NCBI GenBank assembly: GCA_973895155.1
Contig: OZ316893.1
Coordinates: forward strand, 6,271,239 to 6,335,238
Direction of reading: 5' to 3'
From: Marsupella aquatica
Taxonomy: Eukaryota; Plantae; Marchantiophyta
Length of the DNA stretch: 64,000 nucleotides
Shown: positions 12,759 through 24,294 of the stretch, piece after piece
Numbering within the stretch: the first letter of the stretch is position 1
Layout of the letters: each line of letters begins with the position of its first letter
Position numbers and translations under genes: made by a program
Notes under the pieces: generated by a model
Database searches by the model: none
The model's input: only the letters and a program-made list of their open reading frames with translations
What the model was told of the DNA's origin: nothing

Positions 12759-14004
12759 TTAAACAAGTACATGCATCAATTTTAGAATTTGATCTTGAAT
12801 AAATTTTCTAAGATTACATGCTCTTTTAGAGTTGTACCATTTTTTGGTAAATAAAGACTGTGCATCAAGGCATTGTGTAATATGCCATTGAATTCTGATT
12901 TCGTCCATATTTTGAAGAACAAATAGACCACAATTTGAATTGTTTGGTTGTTGAGGTACTTGAGAAAAAATCTTAAAGTTAGTCCAAAGTGTTTAATAAT
13001 TGAACTAAATAAAAGTTGAAATAACTTTTCAAATCCTTACCATTGGATTGTAAATCTCCACAACTCCCATTGGAACTTTTCCAAAAATTAATTCTCATTC
13101 CATTGTAAAATATCTGCAAATCATCATTCAAGTTCTTAGTCCAAAGTGTTTATATTTATATACCACATAAATAATTTAAAATGGAAAAAATGTAATAGAA
13201 TATATACATACCTGCTCAGTATTGATCCAATTACATGGGTTGAATGTAGACCGGCAAGAGAGTCTAGATGATACATTTTGATCGAAGATTCAATCCGATC
13301 CAAACATATTACAACCAGGCTCCAGTGCATGTTCATGTGAATTGGCATGAGAATGACCTCAATTTGGGAAAATGCTCGGGGGGGTCACTATATGGAGGGT
13401 CATACATCGCGTGCGACGTTTTAGGGTTTGACCCCCCTAACTTTAAAGTGAAAAATATTTTTTTGCAAAGCCCTTTCTTTCTTAAAATTTTGTCATTTTT
13501 TATTAAAAAACCCCTAAAAACTTTATAGAAAGTATTTTTTGCAATTAAATAGGCCTATGTGTTCTTTAAAGTCGACCAATCAATAAAACATGCCCTATGT
13601 GTTCTTCCACCAAACTTTGGAAGTCTTCCGCCACACCCATTTAAATGGGCCTATACTTCGTCGCACGTGATGTGTCACTTCCGTGGAAGTGACCCCCCCG
13701 AGGGAAAATTGTGGCTTGTAATAATTCCGCATCTTTTGAATTGATTCCAACAAGGTCTCAGCTGGTTCTGTTTCAATCCTTGAAACAAGCCAAGGGTAAA
13801 AGAAGAGGATAATGTGTTTACTGAGGGAGCCAGATCTTCATTTTCCTCGGTTATTAATTGTGGGTAAAATTCCATTATTTCATCACCCAAATATTGACCG
13901 GGTTTAAGTTGGCTCAATATTTTATTGTCCAAAAGAAACCCACTAGAAGGATTGTGTGAGAATCTATGCAGAACATGTTTCAATAAAAAATCCTCCTTTG
14001 GTTC
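12759..14004 (-). pseudogene. Ulp1/SENP (C48) cysteine protease domain, C-terminal module of the cargo gene
   Basis: LKPGQYLGDEIMEFY; PIHMNMHWSLVVI (catalytic His); YHLDSL (Asp); VPQQPNNSNCGLFVL (Gln/Cys, about 12915-12959); ends LRKFIQDQILKLMHVLV* at 12759. Interrupted by the MITE at 13375-13702 and by short introns. Confidence 0.8.
13375..13702. mobile_element. MITE with CTCGGGGGGGTCAC termini and ~8-bp TSD
   Basis: TIRs CTCGGGGGGGTCAC / GTGACCCCCCCGAG; flanks GGAAAATG and GGAAAATT (7/8 match). Related copies lie at about 46290-46510 and 60962-61225. Confidence 0.75.
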
Positions 14005-14932
14005 CTGCAAAGACATTACTTTGTGAAATAAGAACATAGTCCAATCATAATTTTCCTCAATATTTCACAAGTTTGGATCAATAGATACAACATGAGAGAA
14101 CTAATGAAACTAAAGTCTACACCTCAAGGAATGAGCCAAGATCAAGTGTCGGAGCTTCATGTTCCACTTCATTCTCTTCATCCTCATCATTGTCGTTCTC
14201 CTCCGCGGTTGTAATGATGCAAGTTCTAGTGGTGAGGGTGCTCGTAGTACCACCAATAGGTGGTTGAACCTCGAAGCTCATGGGTCCTGTACCCTCCTCT
14301 GTTGCTTCATCATTCAAGTCCCACGATTCATGCAACGTGACAATTCGGGTCCGGATACAATCCACTTGGCTTGAACTGAGCTCCACGGTTGTCACCGAAC
14401 GTTTCTCTAACAAGGCAGCGCTGTTCGGGTGACCATGTTTTCTGGCAAGAGCATGTTGGCTCTTTTGAAGTTAACCTTGCATGCTCATAAGTTCTACACT
14501 AAAATCAAAATGATAATTCTAGTAACAAGGGTAGTGGGTATTAAGAAAGGTTCAGGTGAAACTAAAATACTGTTAAACCCTACTGCACCATACTTGCGGA
14601 CCAACACATCACAAAAATTAGTTTTCTTACGACATATGATCCTAATATCTCCAAGAGAAAATGAAACAGGAATATCATCCGGACTCCTATTCAGATCCAT
14701 GACTTCAATAAAGGACAAAGATGATGCACTCCCACTCCTCTCGGTACGACACTACTGGGTATATTATTGGCTTGTTAGAAACCATAATAGCAATTGCAAA
14801 CTGAGCTCCAAAATGATAGGTTAGATGTTGTCTCATAGATGGTTTGTCTAAAAGATGGACTCTAATCAAAAATGGATTACGAAGGGGAAGATCAGGGATA
14901 ACTCTCTCTCCTGGATTCATGATGGCTCTCCT

Positions 14933-15138
14933 ATTCCTTTGCTATCCGGGCCAAAGGACGCCCCACCCCTATATTCCCAAAGAAACCTTATTCCCTAAGG
15001 TCCCATCTATAAGTCTACCACTCATTCCTTTGCTATTCGGGCCAAAGGACGCCCCACCCCTATATTCCCAAAGAAACCTTATTCCCTAAAGTCCCATCTA
15101 TAAGTCTACCACTCATTCCTTTGCTATTCGGGTCAAGG
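14933..15138. repeat. 91-bp tandem repeat (about 2.2 copies) inside the solo LTR
   Basis: ATTCCTTTGCTAT... units start at 14933, 15024 and 15115. Confidence 0.85.
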
Positions 15139-15309
15139 CACAAAAGAGCTTCACAACCTTGAATGATAAACACTGCGGAATGATGGGAGAGTGCCCCTCA
15201 CCACTTTATTTATAGTGCACACCAAGAGGGCATGGATCAAGCCCAAGCACTTGGATGAAGGCCAAGTGTCAAACATCTAATACCTAAGAGTGTGCTAGTA
15301 CTGTTCATA

Positions 15310-15540
15310 GTTGGTGAAACTACTTTTAGTAGGTGGAATTACCATGCGTTGGTGGAACTACTGTGCGTTGGTGTAACTACTATGCGTTGGTGGACCTACT
15401 ATGCGTTGGTGGACCTACTGTGTGTTGGTAGAACTACTGTGCGTTGGTAAAACTATTGTAGTTGGTAGAACTACTGTGCGTTGGTGAATATTATTGTAGT
15501 TGGTAGAACTACTCATATGGATTGGTGGAACTACTATAGT
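15310..15540. repeat. 19-bp minisatellite inside the solo LTR
   Basis: About 11 degenerate copies of TGGTGGAACTACTGTGCGT. Confidence 0.85.
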
Positions 15541-16554
15541 CCGTTAATATAGCTAAAGAAGTTTAATAAAGTCTAAATTTAATAATCTAACTACTAAATT
15601 AATTATATAATCTATAGCATATTAAAACAAACAATTTTTTATAACTTAAGAGAAAATCACGACAGCGCATGAGGTCGAACCACTCCTCGCACATAAATCA
15701 GCAACCCAATCCCCTGCTTCACTAAAATATTGAATGAACCAATCTGCTAGAGCTATCGGCTTCTGGTAAGGGTTCACTATTTCCCCCAATGGAGTTACAC
15801 ATTTCTTTGTAACACAAGGGACTTTTATGATGTTTACCCTTTTCTCATCATGTTCAAAATTGTACATGTCTCTGGTCCTAATACCACTCTCGTGATAATA
15901 TCCGATTGACCAGTTTTCAAAAGCCCAAGCCAATCGATTCCCCGAAGGATGAGCATGTACATTTGGCTTCTCCCAAATTCCAGCCTCTACACTTGCATTA
16001 CAAGTTTTTCCCAGGGCATTCATCACAGACCAAGTTTGTTGCAAAGAGTGAATCACAACAAACCTCCACATCTTTGAACTTGTCACCTTGGCAAAACACT
16101 TCACCATATCCACAATATCACTCTCTGAAAATGGGACCTCATCATTTTCGGAGCCAGGCGCATTGAATCCATAGGGAATGTCTGCAATTGCAAGTGTGTA
16201 ATTCATTTTCTCTACAAACTTATCCAGCGCCCTGACATCTCCACAATGCAATGTATATCTGATGAAATTTCCATCAGTGTTTTTCCATCGATGGTCACTC
16301 GACTTTGCTTCAACCGTTTCAATCCCACGACGATGGTTGTAGTTCTCAATTGCTTCTTGAACATAATTCTTAAACCCCGGGGGAATAACACTCAAAGTCA
16401 GCTCCTCCGAAGGCTTCTCAACCGCATCGGCACCAATTGCATCCTTGTTCTTCTTCTTCGAAAAAGCTTTCAACTGCAAACGCAAACTTGTTAAAGGAAT
16501 CCAGAGAAAAGACAATGGGGAGAACCATTTGGGCATTCAAACAATCAAATTTGG

Positions 16555-16930
16555 ACGACGAATGCGACATGGGATACCCCGTATCCCACTTCGCATTCAA
16601 CCAAGCAAAAACCCCATTCAAACATCACCGTCGTCAAATAACCACAATTGAATCCGTGATGGGATACCCTGTATCCCACTTCGCATTCAACCAAGCAAAA
16701 ACAACATTGAAACATCACCAACATCAAATAAACACAAGTGAATCCGAGATGGGATATCGCGTATCCCACTTCGAATTCGACCAAGCAAAAACCACATTGA
16801 TACATCACCAACGTCAAATAACCATAAGTGAATCCGAGATGGGATACCGTGTATCCAACTTCGCATTCGACCAAGCAAAAACCTCATTGAAACATCACAA
16901 ACGTCAAATAAACACAAGTGAATCCGAGAA
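16555..16930. repeat. 90-bp tandem array carrying a long palindrome, inside predicted intron 16474-16960
   Basis: TGGGATACNNNGTATCCCA cores at about 16570, 16660, 16750 and 16840. A GT donor at 16960 and an AG acceptor at 16474 join KLFDV|LKAFSKK in phase 0. Confidence 0.85.
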
Positions 16931-17432
16931 AAGTCCAATCAATGGAAGGGGAGAACATACCACATCGAACAACTTCCCACTCCATCTTTCGAGCTCGGCA
17001 GATTCTGTTTCTTTTGGAAATATTTGTTTGCAAGTCGCCCAGTCTGGCTGCCCTGATAACTGAACAAAAAGCTTGCTGATTTTCACAAGCTTCTTGTAAC
17101 TCTCGGCTTCTTTTGCCATCTGCTCCAAAGAGATCATCCGGTCCTTCACTCGTAGAAGAAGGGACTCCAAAAATTGGTCGTGTTCAATTCCCTGGATTGC
17201 TCTCCAAGGTGACTGTCAGGGTAAGGCCCCCTGCAAGCTTATTCAAAGCTTTTGGAATCGACTGCGCTTTTCTTTTTTTCTTGAGTTTCTTGATCGGTGA
17301 CTTCTGCTTATTCTGCCCTTTGATCTCCAACTTGTTCCACATCTCAAAGATCTGGTCTTGGAGTTCCCAGACCTTACCCGACCTAAACGCAATTTGGAAG
17401 AGAGGTTCATGCTTCTTTAGGCTTGTGGCGTC

Positions 17433-20400
17433 TGTGATGCCTAGACAGGAATCACTCGGCCAGTTAAGTGGGTAAAGCAGGAAGGCACCCTAGGAACACC
17501 TTAGTATAGGGACAAAACAAGGAAAATATAAACCATTAGGGGCAACCATGGAACCCGGGCCGAGGCCGGAGGTAAGGACGCTGAGGGTGAAAACTCGATT
17601 AGGGTTAGGGCGCGTTAAGCGTCGGCGGCTAGGAAGGATCAACGGGAAGAAGGACCGGCAGAGGAGAGGGGTAAGGAGCGCTTGCAGGAGATGGTGGCTC
17701 ATTTGCGAGCACGAACTAGGTAGATGACTACGGGAGGCCAACTACTGTCAGCTGCTTAGGCAAGCACTCGGGGAGAGAGTAGATACCGACGATCGACCTA
17801 AGGAGGGTATGAGCAACGTCAATCAAGCGGCACATTTCTGGGGATGCCTGTTCGAACGGGCAACTGAGTACATCAAGACTTACGAGGACGAGGAATCAGA
17901 AAGGGAAGCTCGAGAACGGCAGGAGCTCGCTCGATTGTGGGAGCTATAGAAGACGGCTTTCTTAGGAGGCGAACTCATCAAGGACGAGTTCCTGTGGACG
18001 CCTACTTCCAATCAACTCGACGATCTTCTGTTTTGCAAAGACAGCGTCGTCGGCATCCGAGAGGCCATCAAGAACTGCAACGACATACACTGGGAATTAA
18101 AGGGTAGCACGGAAAGGTGGACCCAGGCAACGGTGCTAGGAGAAACCTCCACGGCAGCAGAGATGAAGAGGAAGGGAGCCGTCAACGATGAAGCCACCCC
18201 GGCAAAAAGAACGAGGTCGGCGGCACCAAAGAAGCCAGCCGAGCAGCCGAGTAGCAGAGCAGGAGGCAGGGAGAAGCCGAAGAGGAGGAAGTCGATCCCA
18301 TCAAGGCCATTCCAACCAGGGATGACACCTGGAAGGGCTGGGCGGCAACCCTACCGGTGGAGGTGCAACTACATTTTGCACGGGAGGAGGATGCATGCTT
18401 CACGGCCATGCAGACCAAGAAGTACCAAGGCTTCATGGCCGGATCCGGCTTAGAGGCCTTTGTAAGATTACCATGGCTGAAGCCGGAGGTACCGGAGTCA
18501 GACCTATTAGAATTCGTGGGGTCATGGGAACCCGAGACCAATTGCACGAGGATATATGGGAAGGATTTCTATCTTACTCCCAAGGTAATTGCCGAAGTGT
18601 TTGGCTTGCCGATAGGCAATAAGACCAAAGTTGATACTAGGAAGACCTTGCCTGACAAGGAGTTCCGGTCGTTCCCCGGGCCATCAACGAAGAATGGCTT
18701 CTTCCGGAACACCTGCACCAACCCGCACATAGGAGAGATGATCGACTTCTTGCGGGTGACCATGCATTGTAACTTGCCGAGGGCAGAGATCGGCAAGGCA
18801 CAGGTCTATCTGGCAGAAAGGCCAGACCCAAGCCGGGACTACAACGGGTACCTCCTCAACCAATTGAAGAAGATCTTAAAGGAGGAGCAACAGGTAATCG
18901 GCATGGGGAGCGTGTCGCGGCTTGGCTATCACATGCCGCTGTTGTGCCGGTATGCCAGAGGTCAGACTTTTGCCCCGGTACTTCCCCTGCAGGTAAGGGC
19001 ACCCGAGGAAGCTCCAACGCCGAGGCCGTTGGCTGAGAAGCCTCAACCACCTGTTAGCCCTACGATCGAGCAGGTGTTTAGGCCCAGGAAGGAGGACTTG
19101 CCGATGCAGCAACCAGGCATGCAGAGTCTGCTGAAACTACTGGAGAACGAAAAGAAATCGGCATCGGCAACAACAACGGCAACGGCAACAATGCAGGACA
19201 CTACTACAGAGGTAGGCCTACACCGGCTCACAAGAGAAAACCCCTTTGCTGGAGACAAGGAGAGAATCAGGCCGGAATCCAAGCCCGGTGTTCGAATGTA
19301 TGTGGGAATCTCAAGCTCCGAATCTGAGGCAGAATTGCCTGAAGCTCCTACCAACGAAGAGGAGAGGGAGAAGCCGGACGGCCAAGAAGTAGAGGAGGCA
19401 GTGGAGGACTGCAGCCATGATAATTCCGGCTATGGGTCGGACCATCACGTCCCAGGAGTAAGGACCTGTGGCCGGTTTGTCCCCACACTTCCAAGGGTAG
19501 TGCGAGGGGACCCCAACCAGCAGAGTAGCCCTGAGTCTCCCCCACCAGATGTTGCTCCCTCGAGCTTCGACGGCATAAAATAGACGGTGCAGGAATTTCA
19601 GGAGCGAATCAAGCAGGAAGAGGAGGCAGCCCTGGCTAGGGAAAAGGATTTACCAGGAGGAGATTGGCCGGAGGACATCAGGCGGCTAGCCAAAAAAGGA
19701 AGCAAACCTCTAGCCACGATTGAAGAGATCCGCAAGACGGCTTGGGAGCAGAGGCCGCGATGGGCGATGCCGATTACTTCTACTTACTCCACCTACGCTA
19801 AGAATAGAGCCATGGAGTATGGTGAGATGTGTGGGGAACTTGCGCTCGGCATCTTTGGAGAGGAGTTGGAGGTAGGACCCTTTTTCCATAGGGAGTAGTT
19901 GGAGAAGCACCAATTAGAAGAAGCGGTGGCTTTAGAGAGAAGCAAGAAGGACGAGGTCATTCGGCGGCTTAGGAGGATGGAAGCCGAGATTGAAGATCTA
20001 AGGGCGGCCAAGAAAGCCCAAGATGAACTGCGGATTAAACGACATGAGCTGAACATCATGCAGGGGCAGTTGGACACCGTGCAGGCTGATAATCAGAATA
20101 TCAAGGATGAACTGACTCAGACGCAGGGAGAGTTGGCCGACACGATCAAAGAGAGGGAGAAGTGGAAGCAAGAGCTGAAGAATACAGAGGAGGCCCACAT
20201 AACAGCCAACAGCCGGGCCATGGCGGAGACCCAAAGAAAGGAATGGGCGTTGAAGGGGGAGCTCGAGAAAATCCGCGGAGCCCTTGAGCAGAAGGAGGCC
20301 GAGTTAGGGAAATCCTATCAAGGGATTATGGCGCTGCAGCAGGAGCTTGCGTCCCTGACGGCCAGCTTCAAGGCCGACCTGAGGGAGAAGGACGAGATGC

Positions 20401-22103
20401 TCGAACAGACTTACGCCAAGATGAACCAGATGGAGTCTGTCATCATTGCAGAGCTCGACAAGGAGCTAAGAGCAACCCAGGAGGAGAGGACTACCTTGAA
20501 ACAAGAACGGGAGGAAGCCCAGAAGGAACTAGAGGAGGCACGCAAGGACCTGGATGAGACCCAGGAGGAGTTGGAGGAAATCACGAGGAAGATGGAGAAC
20601 CTCCAGCGGCGGGCCGACAACCAAACGGAGCGGCTGAAGAAACAAGCCGCAGTATTTAAGTGCTTGTCTTCATCAGGCCCAACTCCAATTGGGGCAACCA
20701 AGTTACCAGGAGTGGTACTGGCCGAAGAAAAAGCCGCGCCACCTGCACCAGTGCCGGAAGTAAGTGGGAAGGGGAAGGGACCAGCTGCCAAACCAGAAAA
20801 GAAGAAGAAGCGGAAACCTTCAGGGTCAAGGAGTAATCCGACTCCACAAGCCGTGGTGACCAAGGAGGTAGAACCAGCACCATCCTCCGGCATGAATACG
20901 GCAATAGATCCCGCTATCATCACAGGTGGGGGTGGTGCGGCCCAAGCCGAACTACTCAGTAATGAGGCCGGTATCCCAGATCCGCCTCTTGAGCAGGCCG
21001 GGGAGACCCAAGTCGTGGCTGAGGCCGTAACCGGTTCTCGAGCCGATGCCGACGCCGATGGTGGACCCAGTCAGGCCGATGGAGAGTTGACTCAGTCAAG
21101 GGCAGGTAATCTGTCAGAGAATGAACCTACGGCAGTGGCTGAGGAGGAAGCGTTGGGGGCGTCCATTAAGGATCCACCATCGGTGTCGTGACGGTGCAAG
21201 GGCGCCGTTCCTTTTAGGGAGGGCGGACGTGGAGGGAGGAGGCGTGAGTGGGCAGGGCGGGCGCTGATCTCCAAGTTTAGGATTAGGATCAGGACCATGA
21301 GCGGCCCTGACACTTAGCTTAGTGGGATTGCGGTTCCACTGGTAGGAGCAACACTTGTGCTCCTGCCTTGCTGTACATAGGTAGATTCGGGCAAGTAGAT
21401 TACTATTAAGTAGATTAGGCTTACGATGCAAAGAATGGCGGATCCACTACCAGGATAAGTACCTGGGCAGCGGGGAGCTCAGGGCCTCTTCTTTAGCAAG
21501 TTTTTAGTTTGCACCAGCCGGGCTGGGATCAAGTAGTACGAGAAGCTCTCGGTTAGTCATACAGTGACCCTTGTGTATATTCATGTTTCCTCATGCCTAA
21601 GAGTTGAATAGAGTTGGCCTCACGGCTTAGTTCGCAGAACTTGTGTATGAGATGTACTGTTTGTATGGCAAGTGCATGGTATGACTCAGTCAGAATGAGT
21701 CATTTTGCTATTTGTGTGTCGCATTAACTTGTGTGAAGAGTGCCCACATCAACCAGAAGGAAGGAAAGTAAGCAGGGGAGTGAGAGTTGGATGTGTCGAG
21801 CTGAGAGAGGTCTTAGCGGCTTAACCAAGCCTATTGGGGATCATTCCGGCGGCGGAATCCAAACATACCTAACAAGACGGAGGGGAAGACAGGGGAAGGC
21901 CTAGATTAGGCCGGCTACGTATCTCATGACCCGATGAAGGATCTGTCCAGTATATGTGTGTAAAATGTTAATAGTAGTAGTAGAAGGTTAGCAGCGTCCC
22001 ATGCCGCTAAGCCGCGGAAACGGCCTCGCCAAGCGCGAAACCTACGGGAATCGGCTTGAGCTGGGGGGTTTCTTGGGTTTAGGGAGCCATGGGACGCACC
22101 ACA
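17433..22103 (+). mobile_element. LTR-retrotransposon-derived insertion (4671 bp; TG...CA, 5-bp TSD) without a second LTR or pol
   Basis: Starts TGTGATGC and ends GCACCACA; TSD GCGTC at 17428-17432 and 22104-22108; removal restores the host frame. Confidence 0.8.
18163..21191 (+). pseudogene. Retroelement accessory protein of about 1000 aa: plant transposon-protein-like domain plus long coiled coil
   Basis: ORFs 18357-19583, 19587-19898 and 19899-21191 share one frame and are separated only by TAG stops. The motif LLEFVGSW..IYGKDFYLTPKVIAEVFGLP is followed by an E/K/L/Q heptad-rich region. The start at 18163 (MKRKG) needs one frameshift. Confidence 0.6.
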
Positions 22104-22914
22104 GCGTCCCTCAGAAAAAACCCGTTGAGGCAAACCTCCATCGCACACGCTTCTCTAGTCTCCTTGGTTTTTGCCATACCTCTAGCAAGGAAAATCTTAT
22201 GCATTGTTCGGATTTGATCAATGTTGTTCATTTTTTCCTGTACTCCTGATCAATATTATGTTGGATGCTAAGTTTCTGAATGTCCTCCCTTGTGAGACCA
22301 GCATACACCCAAGCTTGGAGTTCATTGAAGATCTCTCTCCCATAAGCCTGATACAATTCTCTCTTAGCCCGAGCACCGTGATTACCTCCAATCACTCGAT
22401 ATCTCTAGCTCGTTGCCTTTTCTGGGTCCCAGTCTGTCACTGTCGGCCAGTCTTCGCGGGAGTCTTCGGGGATCACAAACAAGACAAATGGCGTGGTGAA
22501 ATTTGTTGGATTCATTTTCATCAAAGTCTTGATGTTCTCCACATGCAACTGATCTACTGTTCGAACCAACGTTGAGTTCTTTTCGTCAATATCGTCAACA
22601 AGAAGCAGGTTAGTTGTTTTCAGAATAACAGTTGTCTTCTGAACTCTCTTGGTCTCCATCAACCGAGACACTTCTTCACGAACCACAAGTGTCTCTTCCC
22701 GCTGCAAAGCTGTGGTGATATCTGTTGAATCATTTTTCTTTTCTTTCACAGCACCCCTAGATGATAGAGAAGGCCCACCCGACGAAGTTGAAGGAATCTG
22801 AGACGATTTCTATGAAATTGTTGGGACCAAAGATGAGACAACACTTCTGGGTGCAGATGATGCGTGCTTCTGGATGTCATGTCGATCCAGTTTCTTCTTG
22901 CCAGCAGCTTCTCC

Positions 22915-23552
22915 GGCCTCATTCACAATTGGAGGACCCAAAAGGAACATCACACTCAAAAGTGACCATAGTTTATTATGCTTTTAGGATATCATTTTTA
23001 GGGTGTAATGAGATGATATAGAAAATTTGATATACTATACTTAATAAACATCCTATAGGTTGGTAACATTCATTAAACTATCTAGCATTTGAGACTTTGA
23101 AGCTTTCCTTATATGTCCTTCAAAGATTGATAAAAGGACTTGTCACGCAACGGGTCACATCATTTCAGGACTCAAAAGGACTCTAAAAAATGCATTTTAG
23201 ACAATAAAATTTTACCAAAGCATGCATACTAATAGCATAATCTTATATTTCAAAACTTAAATAGTGACACACACTAAACCTTTATGTACAGGACAAAAAT
23301 AATCAGTAATTTTGGCTTATTTAGGGCCATCAATAACAGGATCCCTTAAAACAGTTGAAAACTTGATGTATCTACATGGTGAGGTAGGTTACACCATTAA
23401 AATAGTATTGTGAAAAAATTAGACTTAAATGTCTTCAGATAAAATCATGATGAACCTTTTTCCATGTTACAAAAGTCATTTTTCACTAAAAAAACATGTT
23501 TTTGAGTCCTGAAAGTGGTTCCTACGAGGTACACCCAATTGTGAATGAGGCC
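22915..23552. mobile_element. MITE with GGCCTCATTCACAATTGG TIRs, copy 1
   Basis: Perfect 18-bp TIRs; 4-bp TSD CTCC at 22911-22914 and 23553-23556; AT-rich non-coding interior. Confidence 0.9.
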
Positions 23553-24294
23553 CTCCTGACACCGCTGCTTTAGAACCTTCCCCGGAGAGTTGATCTGCAA
23601 GCTTCCTTTTTGCCGGTTCCTTAAAAGAAACGGTGGCAGATTTCTCCTTTGTCGAGGGTGTTCCAGACATCTCCCCTGACTTCGAAGCCGGATCGGTAGG
23701 CTTCGTCACTTTCAACTTCAGAGGACGCTCTTTGACGCCAAAGTTGGCTCCAACGACGGACCTATATGCTACCTTGGTAAAATCCTCAACAACCCTCCAA
23801 GACTTCAAGACAAATTTCAAACACCAATAAGAAAAGTCATCAATCTCCGGCACTTCTGAAATTAGCTTGCAGATCGGGTCATCAGGAAATGTGTTCATCG
23901 AGACCCGATCGAGTTTCTCATAGTTGAGGACAACTACAGTGAAGGCATTGTTCGGAAGAATGCAAAGGTACATTGGAATCTTCTTCAGCTATTTGGTTTT
24001 TGTGTCGGTGATATCTGCCTCCCCAGTGTCCACGACTAATCCATAATGGCAATGGTCTTTACCCTTAACTATAACCAACCACACCGCTGGACCGTCATAG
24101 GCTCTATGAATATCCATCGCCCGGGCATCCCTGAAGTACCACCTATTCCTCACGAGTTTCTCCTCGGTGTAAAGGTCCTTCCAAATCTCATCGACGATAG
24201 ACGTCCGTGAAGATTTGGTCGAACCAGACGACTTTGATTTGTTCGACATGTTCCTGTAAAACATTGACACAGAACCAGGGCGTAAACATACAAA

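Larger units (their letters stand above)
14422..15664. mobile_element. Solo LTR-like insertion (1243 bp)
   Basis: Begins TGT and ends ACA; TSD GCGC at 14418-14421 and 15665-15668; removal restores the MTase frame (TSC|AALL). It contains internal 91-bp and 19-bp tandem repeats and a TATTTATA tract. Confidence 0.8.
14123..16473 (-). pseudogene. Beta-class N4-cytosine/N6-adenine DNA methyltransferase domain plus acidic linker, interrupted by a solo LTR
   Basis: LHCGD..LAIADIPYG (motif IV, DPPY-like), IWEKPN, PYQKPIALADWFIQYFSEAGDWVADLCARSGSTSC (motifs X and I). After removing 14422-15664 it continues in frame as AALLEKRSVTTVELSSSQVDCIRTRI. The Arg in motif I is AGG, one transition away from GGG (Gly). 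Confidence 0.85.
16961..24249 (-). pseudogene. N-terminal part of the cargo gene: unknown N-terminal domain, ParB/Srx-like domain and helical region
   Basis: ATG at 24249 (MSNKSKSSG). The frame is restored across MITE 22915-23552 (AVSG|EAAGKK) and across the insert 17433-22103 (FFLRD|ATSLKKHEP). ParB-like motifs: LVRTVDQLHVENIKTLMKMNP..PFVLFV and RYRVIGGNHGARA (about 22360-22404). There are in-frame TAG stops at 23989, about 22810 and 22405, and one frameshift near 17200-17270. Confidence 0.7.

Noticed and set aside
15646-16536. Bacterial contamination as the source of the methyltransferase
   Set aside because: The domain is bounded by GT-AG introns, interrupted by a solo LTR and embedded among plant genes and eukaryotic transposons.
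16437-17063. 208-aa ORF with repeated MGYPVSHFAF units (similar ORFs at 24188-24549 and 27376-27732)
   Set aside because: These are by-products of the 90-bp DNA repeat staying in frame. They lie antisense to or inside predicted introns of the real genes.
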